Assembly (NCBI GenBank): GCA_951406725.2
Contig: OX597831.1
Coordinates: 33,604,001 to 33,668,000 of the forward strand
Reading direction: 5' to 3'
Source: Octopus vulgaris
Lineage: Eukaryota
DNA length: 64,000 bases
Under the pieces are notes generated by a model, which was not told the DNA's origin, did not search any database, and saw only the letters and a list, made by a program, of their open reading frames with translations. A program made the translations under genes and the position numbers. This document shows, piece after piece, positions 1 through 13,230 of this stretch. How positions within the stretch are numbered: position 1 is the first letter of the stretch; the number at the start of each line of letters is the position of its first letter.

Positions 1-35
1 GTTATTTTTATAATCGCTAAGTGGAGGAAGACAGA

Positions 36-240
36 AAGCTGGCAGAATCGTTAGCACACCGGATAAAAATGCTTAGCTGCATTTCGTCCGGCTGTTTGCA
101 TTCTGAGTTCAAATCATAACGAGATAAACTATACTTTTAATCCTTTCGGAGTCGATAAAATATTAATCAGATGAGCACTGGTGTTGGCGTAGTTGACTAG
201 CTCCCTTCCACCAAAATTGCAGGTCTTTTGCTTAAAACAC
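36..240 (+). mobile_element. tRNA-derived SINE family A, diverged copy
   Basis: AGCTGGCAGAATCG A-box-like head, GAGTTCAAAT B-box-like motif and CCTTTCGGAGTCGATAAA core, all shared with many copies in the window. Confidence 0.8.
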
Positions 241-276
241 GAATGCCCTACCAAAAATACAAACTATTGCTAAGTG

Positions 277-520
277 AAGGCGCGTGGCCTTATGGTTAGG
301 GTAGTGTACGCAAAATCGCAAGATTGTGGTTTCGATTCCCGGACCGTCGTGTCCTTGATAAAACCCTTCAGTTCACGTAGTTTGTGACCGTTTGGGTGTA
401 AATGAGTAATCCTTCTACGGACTAGCGTCCCGTCCAGGGAGAGTGTTTTGATCTCGGTCACTTTTATGCCATGGAAACGAGTAACTGGCCCTATGAGTCT
501 TAAGACTCAAGACAGTGATT
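277..520 (+). mobile_element. tRNA-derived SINE, family C-like, diverged
   Basis: GGCGCGTGGCCTTATGGTTAGGG head, GGTTTCGATTCC B box, and GGACTAGCGTCCCGTCCAGG body motif also seen at 22818-23112 and 57320-57815. Confidence 0.7.
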
Positions 521-1676
521 TACTAACTACTGAGTCAGAGAGCAGCGCTGTGGACACTTTTAAGGACCACTGTGATTGGTAGGCGGAGACCTAGTCCGAA
601 TGCTTGCAACGGAAAGAGCTCCTTTAAAGGCGCCCAAGGACCGACATTAGGTTTACTAAAGAAAATCGAGGGCGATCTTCGATGCTCATCAACTGAGTTT
701 CTCTTCACCAAATTACTTTGGTGAAGAGAAGTGACTTTGATGGACCCGAGTCTATCCATCGGAGAAGACACTTGCTTAAATTGTCACACTGTGGGGTTGA
801 TCACGAAACTATATTGTAGCTAGAAATAGCAATCAAATCTCACTAAAGTCAATAATACCATCTTTAAAGAGAAAGGTCATATCGGTTAATTTAGCCTTGG
901 ATATAATTCTGCAAGAAAAAAGAAAAAAAAAAAAAAAGAAAAGAAGAGAGAAAACATAAAAGAGATAGAAATGTAATGAAAGACCGGATGATCACAGCTC
1001 GAATGGCTACTCCCTCTGACAGACTCAGGGCTAAACAACACAACAACAACAACAACATCCAAAACGAATCCAATACGAAAACAACTTTATCCAGACAGTC
1101 TCCATATAAAAGAAGAGACAATTTGGCACACGAATACATGAAATGCTAATATCATACTGTGTTCTGTGCTGTATAAAGGACGGCAAATATGAGATAAGAA
1201 AAGAGTGACTTGTTACTAGGGAAAAGTAATTGTCTTGTGGATGAGTTAGCATCGGATAAAACGACATTTATTCAATTACCGTCTTTTACTTTTCTTGGTA
1301 GTTCAAATTCTAGCAAGGTCAGTTTAACATTTCGTTCAGATGCCGATAAAAATAAAGTACAAAATAAACTATAATGGAGTCGATTAAAACCGTCTTAACC
1401 CATATCTTCAAAATTTGCGGGCCTGTTGCCTAAATTTGTGACAGAATCATTAGTATGTTTGGTAAAATGCTTAGCGGCCTTACTGCTTGTTTTCTTTTCT
1501 GTTTACGTTCTGAGTTCAAATTCCGTCAAGGTAAACTTTGCCTTTTATCCTTTCAGAGTCAATAAAATAAAGTACATATCTAGTACTATGGTTGAGGTAA
1601 TCGACTTGTGCCCCCACCCTCAAAATTTCTTCTGCCTGTTGTAGAAAGGTTTATTATTATTTAATAAAAGAAAACT

Positions 1677-2195
1677 GTGAGGATTTCCCCGCCGCTCTCT
1701 TTTGACCAGGAGGGGCAGGCAATTTTTATTTGTCTGGTGGCTGTAGCGAAAAAGGTAGTATGGTGGACCCGTTTGAAAGGGCTAAAGCACAGATACTTTC
1801 CTCTTTGGCCAAGCCCTCATCAACTTTTTCAAGTTTCACTTGAAAAGAACGTTGAGGGTGGAGAGAAAAGTGTTGCCTTGTAGCAAGTTTGTTGAAAGGT
1901 GGGTGAATGCTGGAAGAATGGCCAGTGTGAAAGGAACAATTCTGAGCATGTACCTGTGAAAAAAAAAAAAAAAAAAGAGAAGGGCTCTTGCTCTGTTGTT
2001 CAGGCACCCATGACTTTTGTGCGTTTTTCTACGAGGACCTTAAAGCGCCTCCCCTATTGGGAGTTTATTTTGTTTAATTTTTTAACTGTTATATTGTGTA
2101 CATGCGAAAACCCATTGTATAGACCTGTTTTTGTCTTTTATGTTGCCGAATGTTAATTAATGTTTTGTATGTAAGCCCTTGTGGCTAATAAAAGA
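1677..2195 (+). mobile_element. Tx1/L1-like LINE 3' fragment (ORF2 C-terminus plus 3' UTR)
   Basis: Frameshifted translation AVAKKVVWWTRLKG / LINFFKFHLKRTLRVERKVLPCSKFVERWVNAGRMASVKGTILSMYL* (stop 1957-1959). Ends GTGGCTAATAAAAGAA at (TTA)n. Homologous to 46009-46368. Confidence 0.7.
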
Positions 2196-2220
2196 ATTGT
2201 TATTATTATTATTATTATTA

Positions 2221-2510
2221 CTTTTTTTTTTCTTCTTTCAAATTTGCTTCCATTTCTTGCCAAGTGTCTTCCCGACTCCTAGGGCAAAGAAACTCATAGT
2301 ATACATTGGTAGGCCATTAAACCAAACTCAATAGTTCGTTCATTAAAAATTATTATTTTTTTTTAAGTTAAATTAAAATACATGAGCAGCAACAGTTCTC
2401 ACATCGACAATGCTCTTCTCAATACGTGTGATGTACCAGTTAAGACAATCTTTTGCACTTCTAGCAGGGATGGTAAGCCAGGGATCATTCTCATATAATT
2501 TTCGGTTCCC
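2221..2510 (-). mobile_element. R4/Dong-type RLE LINE, short 5'-truncated 3' end
   Basis: Near-identical to 2535-2810 and bounded by (TTA)n on both sides. Confidence 0.85.
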
Positions 2511-2534
2511 TTATTATTATTATTATTATTATTA

Positions 2535-3758
2535 CTTTTTTTTTCTTCTTTCAAATTTGCTTCCATTTCTTGCCGAGTGTCTTCCCGACTCCTAGGGCAA
2601 TGAAACTCATAGTATACATTGGTAGGCCATTAAACCAAACTCAATAGTTCGTTCATTTTTTTTTTTTTAAGTTAAATTAAAATACATGAGCAGCAACAGT
2701 TCTCACATCGACAATGCTCTTCTCAATACGTGTGATGTACCAGTTAAGACAATCTTTTGCACTTCTTGCAGGGATGGTAAGCCAGGGATCATTCTCATAT
2801 AATTTTCGGTTCCCTTCTTGATCATTCCTAGTGCTCCTACGATCACTGGTATTGTGACCGCCTTGAGATGCCACATTTTCTCAATTTCAATGAGTAGGTC
2901 TTTATATTTTCTGAGCTTGTCAAACTCTTTCGCTGAGATATTATGATCACAGGGGATGCTCATGTCGATCAATAAGCAAACTTTATTGTTTTGGTCTTTC
3001 ACAACAATATCTGGTTTATTGGCCTTGATGGTTCGGTCTGTATGTACTGGAAAGTCTCACAGAATGGTTACATTTTCTCCTTCAGTTACAGCCTCAGGGT
3101 GGTGATTATACCACTTGTCGGCAGTTTTGATATTGTAATGCCGACTTATTAGCCAGTGTAGATATTGGCCAACTCTGTCATGTCTTAATTTATACTCCAC
3201 TGGTGCTAAGACTTTACATCCAGAGATTAGGTGGTCCACTGTTTCAATCATGTCGTTGCAGAATCGGCATTTTGGGTCTGCTCCATTTTTCATCACATTG
3301 GCCTGGTAGTTCCGGGTTAATAGGCTTTGATCTTGAGCAGCCAGGATGAAACCTTCGCTCTCTGCTTTTAGCCCTGAGCTCCGTAGCCACTGATGGGTTT
3401 GCTTCTGGTCAACATCAGCTTGTTTGCTGCGGGTCACATATTTGCCGTGCAGAGGTTTCTCCTCCCACCTATCAGCCAATTGCTCGTGCGCTTTTTTCGT
3501 TGCCATCATTTTCACCTTCATTGCAACAATAGTTGCCGTACTTCCCTCGGGTTGTTCAGTTTGGGTATCCTGCACGAGATCAATAGCAAATTTTTTGCTT
3601 TCCTTTATGATAGAATGAAGCTTCTTTCGTCTCTCGTGATTTTCCACGAGCTTTAGCATCCAGTCATTCGATATTTCGAGATATTTGGCCAGTCCAATTG
3701 TGGTTGTTTTGTAAGCTAGTTCAAATTGGATCAGGCCTCGACCTCCTTGGGCTCTGGG
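2535..3758 (-). mobile_element. R4/Dong-clade non-LTR retrotransposon, 5'-truncated (CCHC zinc knuckle plus restriction-like endonuclease)
   Basis: PRAQGGRGL...CRFCNDMIETVDHLISGC...RHDRV...KPDIVVKD...LLIDMSIP...KLRKY. One in-frame TGA at 3057-3059 (IL*DFP, probably W) splits ORFs 3057..3971 and 2703..3002. Flanked by (TTA)n. Confidence 0.9.
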
Positions 3759-3841
<83 letters not shown>

Positions 3842-3855
3842 CTTCATCATCATCA

Positions 3856-3929
<74 letters not shown>

Positions 3930-3941
3930 ATCATCATTATT
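3759..3941. repeat. (ATT)n/(ATC)n microsatellite
   Basis: Direct reading; source of the poly-N/I/Y ORFs. Confidence 0.98.
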
Positions 3942-3944
3942 AAA

Positions 3945-4382
3945 GCAGTGAGCTGGCAGAAACGTTAGCACGCTGGGCGAAATGCTTAGCGGTATTCCGT
4001 CTGTCTTTATGTTTTGAGTTCAAATTTTGCTGAGGTCGACTTTGCCTTTCATCCTTTCGCGATCGATAAATTAAGTACCAATGAAACACTCGGGTCGATG
4101 TGATCGATTAGTCCCCTCCCCCCAAATTTCAAGCCTTGTGCCTTTAGTACAAAGGATCTTCATTATTATTGGCGAGCTGGCAGAATCGTTAACACGCCGA
4201 GCAAGCTGCTTAGCGGCATTTCGTTCGTTTTCACTTTCTGAGTTCAAATTCCAGCGAGGTCGACTTTTGCCTTTCATCCTTTCGGGGCGGATAAAATAAG
4301 TACCAGTTATGTACTGGGGTCGATGTAATCGACACACCTACTCTCGCGATATTGCTGGCCTTGTGCCAAAAGTTGAAGCCAT
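3945..4382 (+). mobile_element. Two tandem SINE A copies with different 3' tails
   Basis: Heads at about 3945 and 4171. Tails CCTTGTGCCTTTAGTACAAAGG and GCTGGCCTTGTGCCAAAAGTTGAA. Confidence 0.85.
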
Positions 4383-4447
4383 CATCATTATTATTAAGGA
4401 GGTGAGCTGGCAGAATCGCTAATACTCTCTCTGCATATGTATGTATG

Positions 4448-4481
<34 letters not shown>

Positions 4482-4621
4482 TGTATGTATGTACGTTTGT
4501 ACGTACGTACATATGTATGTATGTATGTATGACAAAATTCTTAGCAGTTGAGCATTGGGGCCGCTGTAACCAACTCACCCCCTCCCCACAAATTTCAGGC
4601 TTTGTGCCTATAGTAGAAAAC

Positions 4622-4801
4622 CTTCTTCTTCTTCTTCTTCTTCTTCTTCTTCTTCTTCTTCTTCTTCTTCTTCTCCTTTTTCATTCTTCTTCTTCTTCTT
4701 CTTCTTCTTCATTCTTCTTCTTCTTCTTCTTCTTCTTCTTCTTCTTCTTCATTCTTCTTCTTCTTCTTCTTCTTCTTCTTCTTCTTCTTCTTCTTCTTCT
4801 T
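4622..4801. repeat. (CTT)n microsatellite
   Basis: Direct reading. Confidence 0.97.
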
Positions 4802-5517
4802 TTCTGTTTACGTTCTGAGTTCAAAGACACATGCAAACTAACTCACACAGGCTTCCACACAGTTTCCACCTACTAAACTCAATAGATCGGGGGGTATAGT
4901 AAAACCCGCTTGGCAATGATGGGACTGAACCTGCAACGGCTTGGCTGCAAATCCAATTTCTCAACAAACAAAGCCATACCTACGCCATAGCCGGAGATAA
5001 ACTCTAAACATTTACGTAATTCTGGTATTGAGACAAATCTATTTCCTTTATAACTTATAGCTGGACACTGTCCAAACAATTTCAACGTTGAAGCCAAATA
5101 ACAGCGGAAAGTTATTCAATTTTATCGGGTTTTAACGTAAAAGAAATTATGCAATTTGTCTGGACAGAATATGTCTGAAATAAGTTAATTTCTTAATTAG
5201 TTCAGAAACATCGACTGCATAATGAGCGAAAGTTCTGCATAGAGGGAGACTCTTCTAAAATTGGAGGTAAAAAAAAGAAAAGCGAAAAGGGAGCAATAAA
5301 CGCACATACGCACCCACACATAAACAGACGCTGAATTCTTTTCTTTGTATTGGTTTGTGGATTCTTATGGGCATGGTGGGATGGTGGTATGGTGGTATGG
5401 TTGAGAAGTTGACTTTGTAACCGCGTGATTCCAAGTTCCATCCTTGTGAATAGAATTTCGTAGACAGAAACTGTTCAAAAGTTCGTCACATACACACATA
5501 CACACACACACACACAC

Positions 5518-5585
<68 letters not shown>

Positions 5586-5620
5586 GTCTGTCTGTCTGTG
5601 TGGTAACATGTAACAATATT

Positions 5621-5906
5621 GACCGAGGTTACCGTGGTCTTTTCCGTAGGCTTTTCGTTCCACGGATAAACCTTATCTGCTTCCCCCTTTACACTTTACA
5701 TCATGACATTTCTGTGATACACGATCCCTATTGATCGATTTTTTCTTTTTCTTTCTGTTTTTCTTTCTCTCCTTTTTCTTTTTCTTTTCTTTCGATCCCT
5801 TTTGATCGTAAACCTACCCCACTGTTTTTCTTTTTTTTTCTTTTCTCCCCCAAAAGAAAAGCTGTACTTTGTAATCTGTCCCGTCTGCGTGGCTAATAAA
5901 GAAACA
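5621..5906 (+). mobile_element. Tx1/L1-like LINE 3' UTR fragment inside (TATC)n
   Basis: Aligns with 46165-46368 (TTACCGT..TCTTTTCCGTAGGCTTTTC, TGTGATACACGATCC, GTGGCTAATAAA). (TATC)n lies on both sides. Confidence 0.75.
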
Positions 5907-5972
<66 letters not shown>

Positions 5973-6521
5973 CTTATACATATGTATTTATATCGATATT
6001 TCTGTATCTATCCCTACTCTTTCTGCTTATGTATGTATGTATGTATGTATGTATGTATGTATGTATGTATGTATGTATGTACGTACATATGTGTGTGTGC
6101 GCATACATTTGTGAGTGTGTGTGAGTTGTAATGTCAGAAATGAATGCGACCAGACAGGTAGAGAATGGCATAAAACTCTGCTGCTATAAGTACGAGCCAA
6201 TTGTAGGATGTCTATTCTGAACGTCGTGGAACTTACTATACGTCCTCGAATAAAAAATTGATCAAAGTGTGAGACGATGAGTATTTCATTGACCAAAGCA
6301 AGGAAGAGGTCATCGGATAACAATCTCAAGCGCACCACCAGTTGCAGTTCTGTGACGAACTAGTAATATGATTTGAAAAATCCCACGACAAATTCTTCAA
6401 CAGTGCAACGAATCGAAAAGTATATATGGAATTTCTTGAGTTATGGAGGGTTTTTATTACTTTTAATCTGTTATTGGTTTCTAAAAAAGATTTGCTCTAT
6501 AAACAGAATGTGATTCTGATT

Positions 6522-6596
<75 letters not shown>

Positions 6597-6597
<1 letters not shown>

Positions 6598-6730
6598 GGG
6601 AGAGTTTACGAAAAAAACAAAAGACGAAGACAGGTGGTGTACAAAACAAACAGATATATTAGTATAACGCTCAGGAATAGAAAAAGTATTTTACATTTCG
6701 AGCCTACGCTCTTCTACAGAAAGGGACACA
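6597..6730 (-). mobile_element. PLE-type terminal repeat family P1 with hammerhead-like motif
   Basis: Copies at 15585-15752(+), 19361-19525(-) and 56812-57010(-). All carry CTGTNGAAGAGCGTAGGCTC(G)AAA and abut dinucleotide repeats. Confidence 0.65.
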
Positions 6731-7074
6731 TATATATACACACACATAGATGTGTGTATGTGTGTGCGTGCGTAAGTGCGCGTGATGTCACGTAGTCTTG
6801 TCCAAAATGGAGACGGATTAGTAGCATTTTTAAGTGGTGCGCTTGATAATTCTGATGTTTCCACTTGAAACCAATATATGAATAAAAGAATATATATATA
6901 TTCTATTATTCTTTCACTCACACCTTTATATACATATACACATATATATCTATACACACATATTTGTACACATACACACACACATATATATATATATATA
7001 CATACATAAAACATGCTCTCACATACAAATATATAATTATATAATATATACATATAAGTATGTTTGTATGTCTA

Positions 7075-7170
<96 letters not shown>

Positions 7171-7538
7171 GCTAGCTAGCTAGCTATACGTGCACACGCA
7201 CACTAATTACTGCCCGCAAAGCTTTAATAAAGGCCGAGTATATTGTAGAAATCACGTGCTGCAATGACACGCAGCTGAAGTCAAACACGAAACTACGTCG
7301 CTATTAAGACGGCCTCTGAACCAAACAGCCATGCTGTGCGGTTCTCTGACAAAATTTGAAAAATATTTATATATAAAAAACTGTTAATAGGAACTATTTT
7401 TTAAATTAACGAAAATAGGGTGGGGGAAGAAAGTGAAGAATATTATCAATTCTGGAATGTTTCAATTCCATATGCGATTGGTATCCGTGTAGAAGATGTG
7501 TACGCGCGTTTGTTTGTTTGGGTGTGTGTCAGTGTAAG

Positions 7539-7584
<46 letters not shown>

Positions 7585-7787
7585 TGTGTGTACGCTTGCG
7601 AGTGTTTGTGTGCATACATATACATATATACATGTATACATAATTGAATTTTTGCATAGAAATGAATATATACAAATAAATACATAGACACACACATAAT
7701 ATTTATAAGCGTGGGTATATAAATTGCTATATATGCTTATATATATATATATATATATATATATGCGAGTGTGTGTATGTATGCATA

Positions 7788-7852
<65 letters not shown>

Positions 7853-8164
7853 TATATATGCATAAATATATGTATATACATATGTGTATGTATGCATGTG
7901 TGAGAGTATATGGTTATTAATAGTTTAATGGTATACATTATATGTATTTGTCTAATAATGTATTAAAATCAGACATTTTGATGAAAAAAAATTATCTCTA
8001 CAATCCGTATTAAATATTTTTCTCAAGTTTGAATGCTTAAATGCATGATATGGATATAAGCATCTATGTGACTTTGTTTCATTTTCATTCTTGTATGTAT
8101 TTAAACATGCAGATGTATACTTTCACATGCACACAAACACACACAAACTCACACTTCGATACAA

Positions 8165-8200
<36 letters not shown>

Positions 8201-8278
8201 ACAATATAATAAATAAATAAAATATATGCATATATACATACATATATGTACATACTTACATCTATATGTATATATACA

Positions 8279-8319
<41 letters not shown>

Positions 8320-8477
8320 TACAGGACACCACAAATAAACGTAGAACACAACGAGAAACGAAAACATAAAATCAAACAAGGAAACGGACATTTTTTTAAC
8401 AACAAAAAAACAGAGTACAGGACAAACAATACAAGGAAAATTCCCCTTCATCAGCTGCCCCTGGTTCGACTCAGTGC

Positions 8478-8513
<36 letters not shown>

Positions 8514-8624
8514 ACATACGCTTATAAATAAATATATATATACATATATATACACATAGATATATATATATACATTCTTACGTATAAAAATGAATGCTTA
8601 TATGTATATGTAAATGTATGTAAA

Positions 8625-8672
<48 letters not shown>

Positions 8673-8757
8673 TATGTTTGTATCTAGGTGTAAGTTTCTG
8701 TGAGTATACATGTACATGCATAAATTCATACAAGAATGAAATAGTCATATAGCCAGA

Positions 8758-8796
<39 letters not shown>

Positions 8797-9111
8797 GACG
8801 TGTTTCTTTCAGTTTCCGTCTACCAAATCCACTTACAAGGCTTTGGTCGACCGGAGAATATAGTAGAAGTCACTTGTCCAAAGTATCAAACAGTGAGACT
8901 GAATCCGGAACCATGTGGTTGGGAAGCCAAACCACACACATACATATATTTATACATTCATACATACATACACACACACACACACACATATGTATATATG
9001 TATGTATACATATAGAAACATATACATATATATACATATAAAGGCAATATAGTTTTATGTTTGCAGATAAATACGCACGTGTAGACATACGCATATGTGT
9101 ATATATATATA

Positions 9112-9273
9112 GACATCTAGTGGGGACTTTTGGAATAATCGTTACTCAATACCACGGTAGAGATGAATATTTATATTTTGATCGAGCCAGTCTCTTGTTG
9201 CTATGGAGCGTCTCCTATGTGTTCACAGGAGATCCCCGCCCCATAGAGAGAAACATATATGTATGTAAACATG

Positions 9274-9328
<55 letters not shown>

Positions 9329-9471
9329 GTTTGTGTTTGTGTATGTGTTGTTCCTGTGAACACACAGGTGCCTCTCCAGAGGGACAAGTGTTTGGCTCGA
9401 CCAAAATAAAAAAATATTATCTCTACCGTGGTACTGAGTAACGATTATTCCAACAGTCCCCACGAGATGTC
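9112..9471. repeat. Diverged inverted pair of a ~120-bp repeat around a (TA)n tract
   Basis: 9112-9231 is the reverse complement, with substitutions, of 9352-9471. Confidence 0.8.
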
Positions 9472-9488
9472 CATATATACATATATGC

Positions 9489-9556
<68 letters not shown>

Positions 9557-9727
9557 ACGTGCGTGCCTGTGTGCGTATGTGTGTGCGTTTTTATACATAC
9601 ACACATACACACACACACAAACACAAAGATATATAAGCGTCTGAATATGTGAGTGGAGTTTGTGTTTCAATCGTGTATACATTTATATATGTACATCTAT
9701 ATATACATATATATATATATATATGTA

Positions 9728-9778
<51 letters not shown>

Positions 9779-10029
9779 ATGCATATACGTATATTTATTC
9801 ATACACACGCACATAAACACATAGACACAGACATATGTATACATACATTAATACGACGGGCTTCTTTCAGTTTCCGTCAACCAAATCCACTCATCGACCC
9901 GAGGCTATAGTAGAAGACACTTACCCAATGTGTCACGCAATGCCACTGAACCCAGAACCATGTGTTTGGGAAGCGAGCCTCTTGCCGCCTTCGCGTATGT
10001 ATGTATCAGGTCACCACATACATATATAC

Positions 10030-10104
<75 letters not shown>

Positions 10105-10923
10105 TTAGAGAGATTTTTTGATTGCCCATCTTCAATTCATTGCAGGACGAAGGCCTCAGTAGATTCCCTCACCCAATCACTGTACAATGTGGAGGCCGGG
10201 AATTCTAGGTTGAGATCATACTGGTTTGATGAGCCAGCTCCGTCACGCTGGCTCGGCATCACTTGGCAGAGGCGTGCAGTTTTTATACACAAACTCAGGA
10301 ATGGTTCAGTCGGTTACATTTATCCCGGTGCTCAACTGGTACTTATTTTATCGACCTCAAAAGGAGGAAAGGCGAAGCTGACCTCGGTGGAATTTGAACT
10401 CAGAACGTAAAGGCAGGCGAAATGCCGCTAAATATTTTACCCTGCGTGCTAACGATTCTACCAGCTCGCCCCGCTCCCACTCACAGATATAATGATATAG
10501 AATTGTAGATCCAAAAGATCTAGGTGTAAGAATTTAGTAAGCTTCGAGAAGTCTTTCAGGAACTATAACAGTGTATTGACGGAGATGACCACAGGTTTTT
10601 ACCATATCAAAGTTCGATAAGCTTAAAAAAGATTTTTATAGTTCACGGCTACCAACTAGAGTTGCTATGAATGCGAATAAAACTCCAAATTGAGGGAATG
10701 GAACTGGTAAAATCCAGGTTACATATGTTTTCTTGTTAACAGAACCCCTGAATTAATAATACCTCAACGAGGAGTACCCCACTACCTGCTCATCAACCCG
10801 TAGTTAAATGAAAGTCACATTGTCGTCAAGGAAATCCATATTAACTCGCCGGAGATGTAATTAAAAATTAGTGAAGTTAACATGGGATCCCAGATGACAA
10901 TATAACCTTCATTTAACTAAGGT

Positions 10924-11012
10924 GTCTTCGCCTGATGAATAGCTAGTAAAGTACCGCTCCTTGAGTAATTATTACTTCCGAGGTCTTGGTAGTTTGGAAA
11001 CATATGTAGCCT
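10924..11012 (+). ncRNA. Degenerate hammerhead-like motif with long stem II
   Basis: CTGATGA 10932-10938, GAAA 10997-11000, palindromic ACATATGT stem III, then A17. Stems I and II are weak. Confidence 0.4.
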
Positions 11013-11042
11013 GCTTTTTACTTGTTCTATTTCCTCAATTTA

Positions 11043-11140
<98 letters not shown>

Positions 11141-11299
11141 TGTGTGTGTGTGTGTGTGAGTGTGTGTAGTATATACATCCACACCACACCCACGCACATA
11201 TTTATACATATGGGCACTTTGCAACTATGTGTTTTCGAGTTCAGTTCCATTGCGCGTTTCTCTGGACAGGTGTCTTCTATTATAGCCCCGATCCGACAA

Positions 11300-11640
11300 A
11301 GGTTTTCCAAATCTTCCTTAATAAATTTATAAAGTGTAAATTAAGCCTAATTACCATCGTCTCTATATAACCCACCACCGGTGTCGAAAATTCATTGTGT
11401 AACATGTGCACGATGTATATGGCTACTAATCTGTGACTGACGTGGAGTCTGTTGAACCCATTGTGACATCAAAAATTCTCCGGCGTATCCTTTGCAGTCC
11501 AATATTTTTCTTCGAATTCAATGAAAATTTCATCTTCTCTAGGTAATTTAGAATTCTTACTCACAAAGATGACTGCTTATTTAATAAAATTTGGCTAACT
11601 GTTGAAAAATAATTTGATATACCTATTTGGATACATGGCG
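11300..11640 (-). mobile_element. Penelope-like element reverse transcriptase relic
   Basis: Frameshifted minus-strand translation WTAKDTPEN/FDVTMGSTDSTSVTD/LVAIYIVHML...GLYRDDG, matching PLE RT motifs. Confidence 0.8.
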
Positions 11641-11936
11641 TTAGAAAAGAAATGTTACCGAAACAATTGTAACAAAGAAAAAAGATGTGCTGATTCATTC
11701 ACCACCTTCTCCATACGCCAATCTCCATATACACTCATACACAGACATATATATATATACATATATATACGCATATATATATAAGAATATATAATATATG
11801 TAATGTATATATATGTATATACATATACAAATATGTATGTATGTGTATACATAAATATACATATATACATACACATACGTGGACATACATAAAAACACAT
11901 ATATTCATATACACATACACACATACGTCACACTCG

Positions 11937-11971
<35 letters not shown>

Positions 11972-12051
11972 GCACACAAACACAGGCATTCAAACACAAA
12001 CACACACACGCACAAAAACACACAGACATATGTATTTAAGTATCTACATAT

Positions 12052-12283
12052 TATTTCTTTATTACCCAGAAGGGGCTAAACATAGAGGGGACAAACAAGG
12101 ACAGACAAATGTATTAAGTCGATTACATCGACCCCAGTGCGTAACTGGCACTTAATTTATCGACTCCGAAAGGATGAAAAGCAAAGTCGACCTCGGCGGA
12201 ATTTGAACTCAGAACGTAGCGGTAGACGAAATACAGCTACGCATTTCGCCCGGCGTGCTAACGATTCTCCCAGCTCACCGCCT
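12052..12283 (-). mobile_element. SINE A with Tx1-like tail and ~21-bp TSD
   Basis: Complete head to tail. Flanks TGTATTTAAGTATCTACATAT (12031-12051) and TGTATATATGTATCTACATAT (12284-12304). Confidence 0.85.
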
Positions 12284-12471
12284 TGTATATATGTATCTAC
12301 ATATGCATATGTATGTATATGTGCGTGTGTATGTAAATTTGGGGTTATTTAAAAGTAATTTGAGAGACAACAATCGATCCGTAGATGATTGATTGGTAAT
12401 TTAGTATGATTTAGTGTGACATTTTTTATAAACTTATTTTGAGGACCTACAAAGTCAAAACTAATTTTGTA

Positions 12472-12515
<44 letters not shown>

Positions 12516-12653
12516 GCACACACAGAGTAGAGTCAAAATTTTGTTAAATTGTATGTACACACTAACACTTATATATTTATGTTTGTATGTCTATATGAAT
12601 GTATAAGCATTTATTTATGTCTGTTTGTCCCTCTGTCTGTCTGTCTGCCTGCG

Positions 12654-12720
<67 letters not shown>

Positions 12721-13181
12721 ATGTCTGTCTGCCTATCTCGCTATGTCGATCTATCTATCTATACATAGGTACATACATACATAGGTACATACATACATAC
12801 ATACTCTCATCCCTTCCTCTCTCCATCCATCCATCCATCCATCCATCTATGCATGCATACACCACAATAAACCAATCTTAGTTTCTAAAAGGTATTTAAC
12901 AACGAAGTATAAATATTCATAGTTTTGGAAAGTCTTGAATAATTCTGTTCACATCTGGAGACATATTGGCCAATTTTACCAGATTTTAATATATTTATAT
13001 ATTGATACCATGGTGGTTTGAGACAGATTGATTGAAAAATATAACTTTGTGTCCATCTACCTAAGTTTGCTTCACAACCACATGGTTTCAGGTTCAGTCT
13101 CACTGTATCGCACCTTTGGGCTGGTATTTTCCGTTACAGCCTTAGGCCGGCCAAAGCTTTGTGAGTGGATTTGGTAGACGG

Positions 13182-13227
<46 letters not shown>

Positions 13228-13230
<3 letters not shown>

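Noticed and set aside
960-1150. Short unique-looking stretch as a host exon
   Set aside because: No recognisable domain or convincing splice sites, and it contains a (CAA)n run.
3057-3971. 304-aa ORF with poly-Asn N-terminus as a host gene
   Set aside because: It is a chance read-through from a SINE head through (AAT)n into a truncated LINE ORF.
8440-8460. Isolated CTGATGA motifs (also about 14562, 20302 and 27492)
   Set aside because: No properly placed stem II, GAAA and stem I. They may be PLE-type ends but the fold is not supported.
9352-9378. Second GTGAACA hammerhead core
   Set aside because: It is part of a CCTGTG-AACA-CACAGG hairpin, with no stem II or GAAA.
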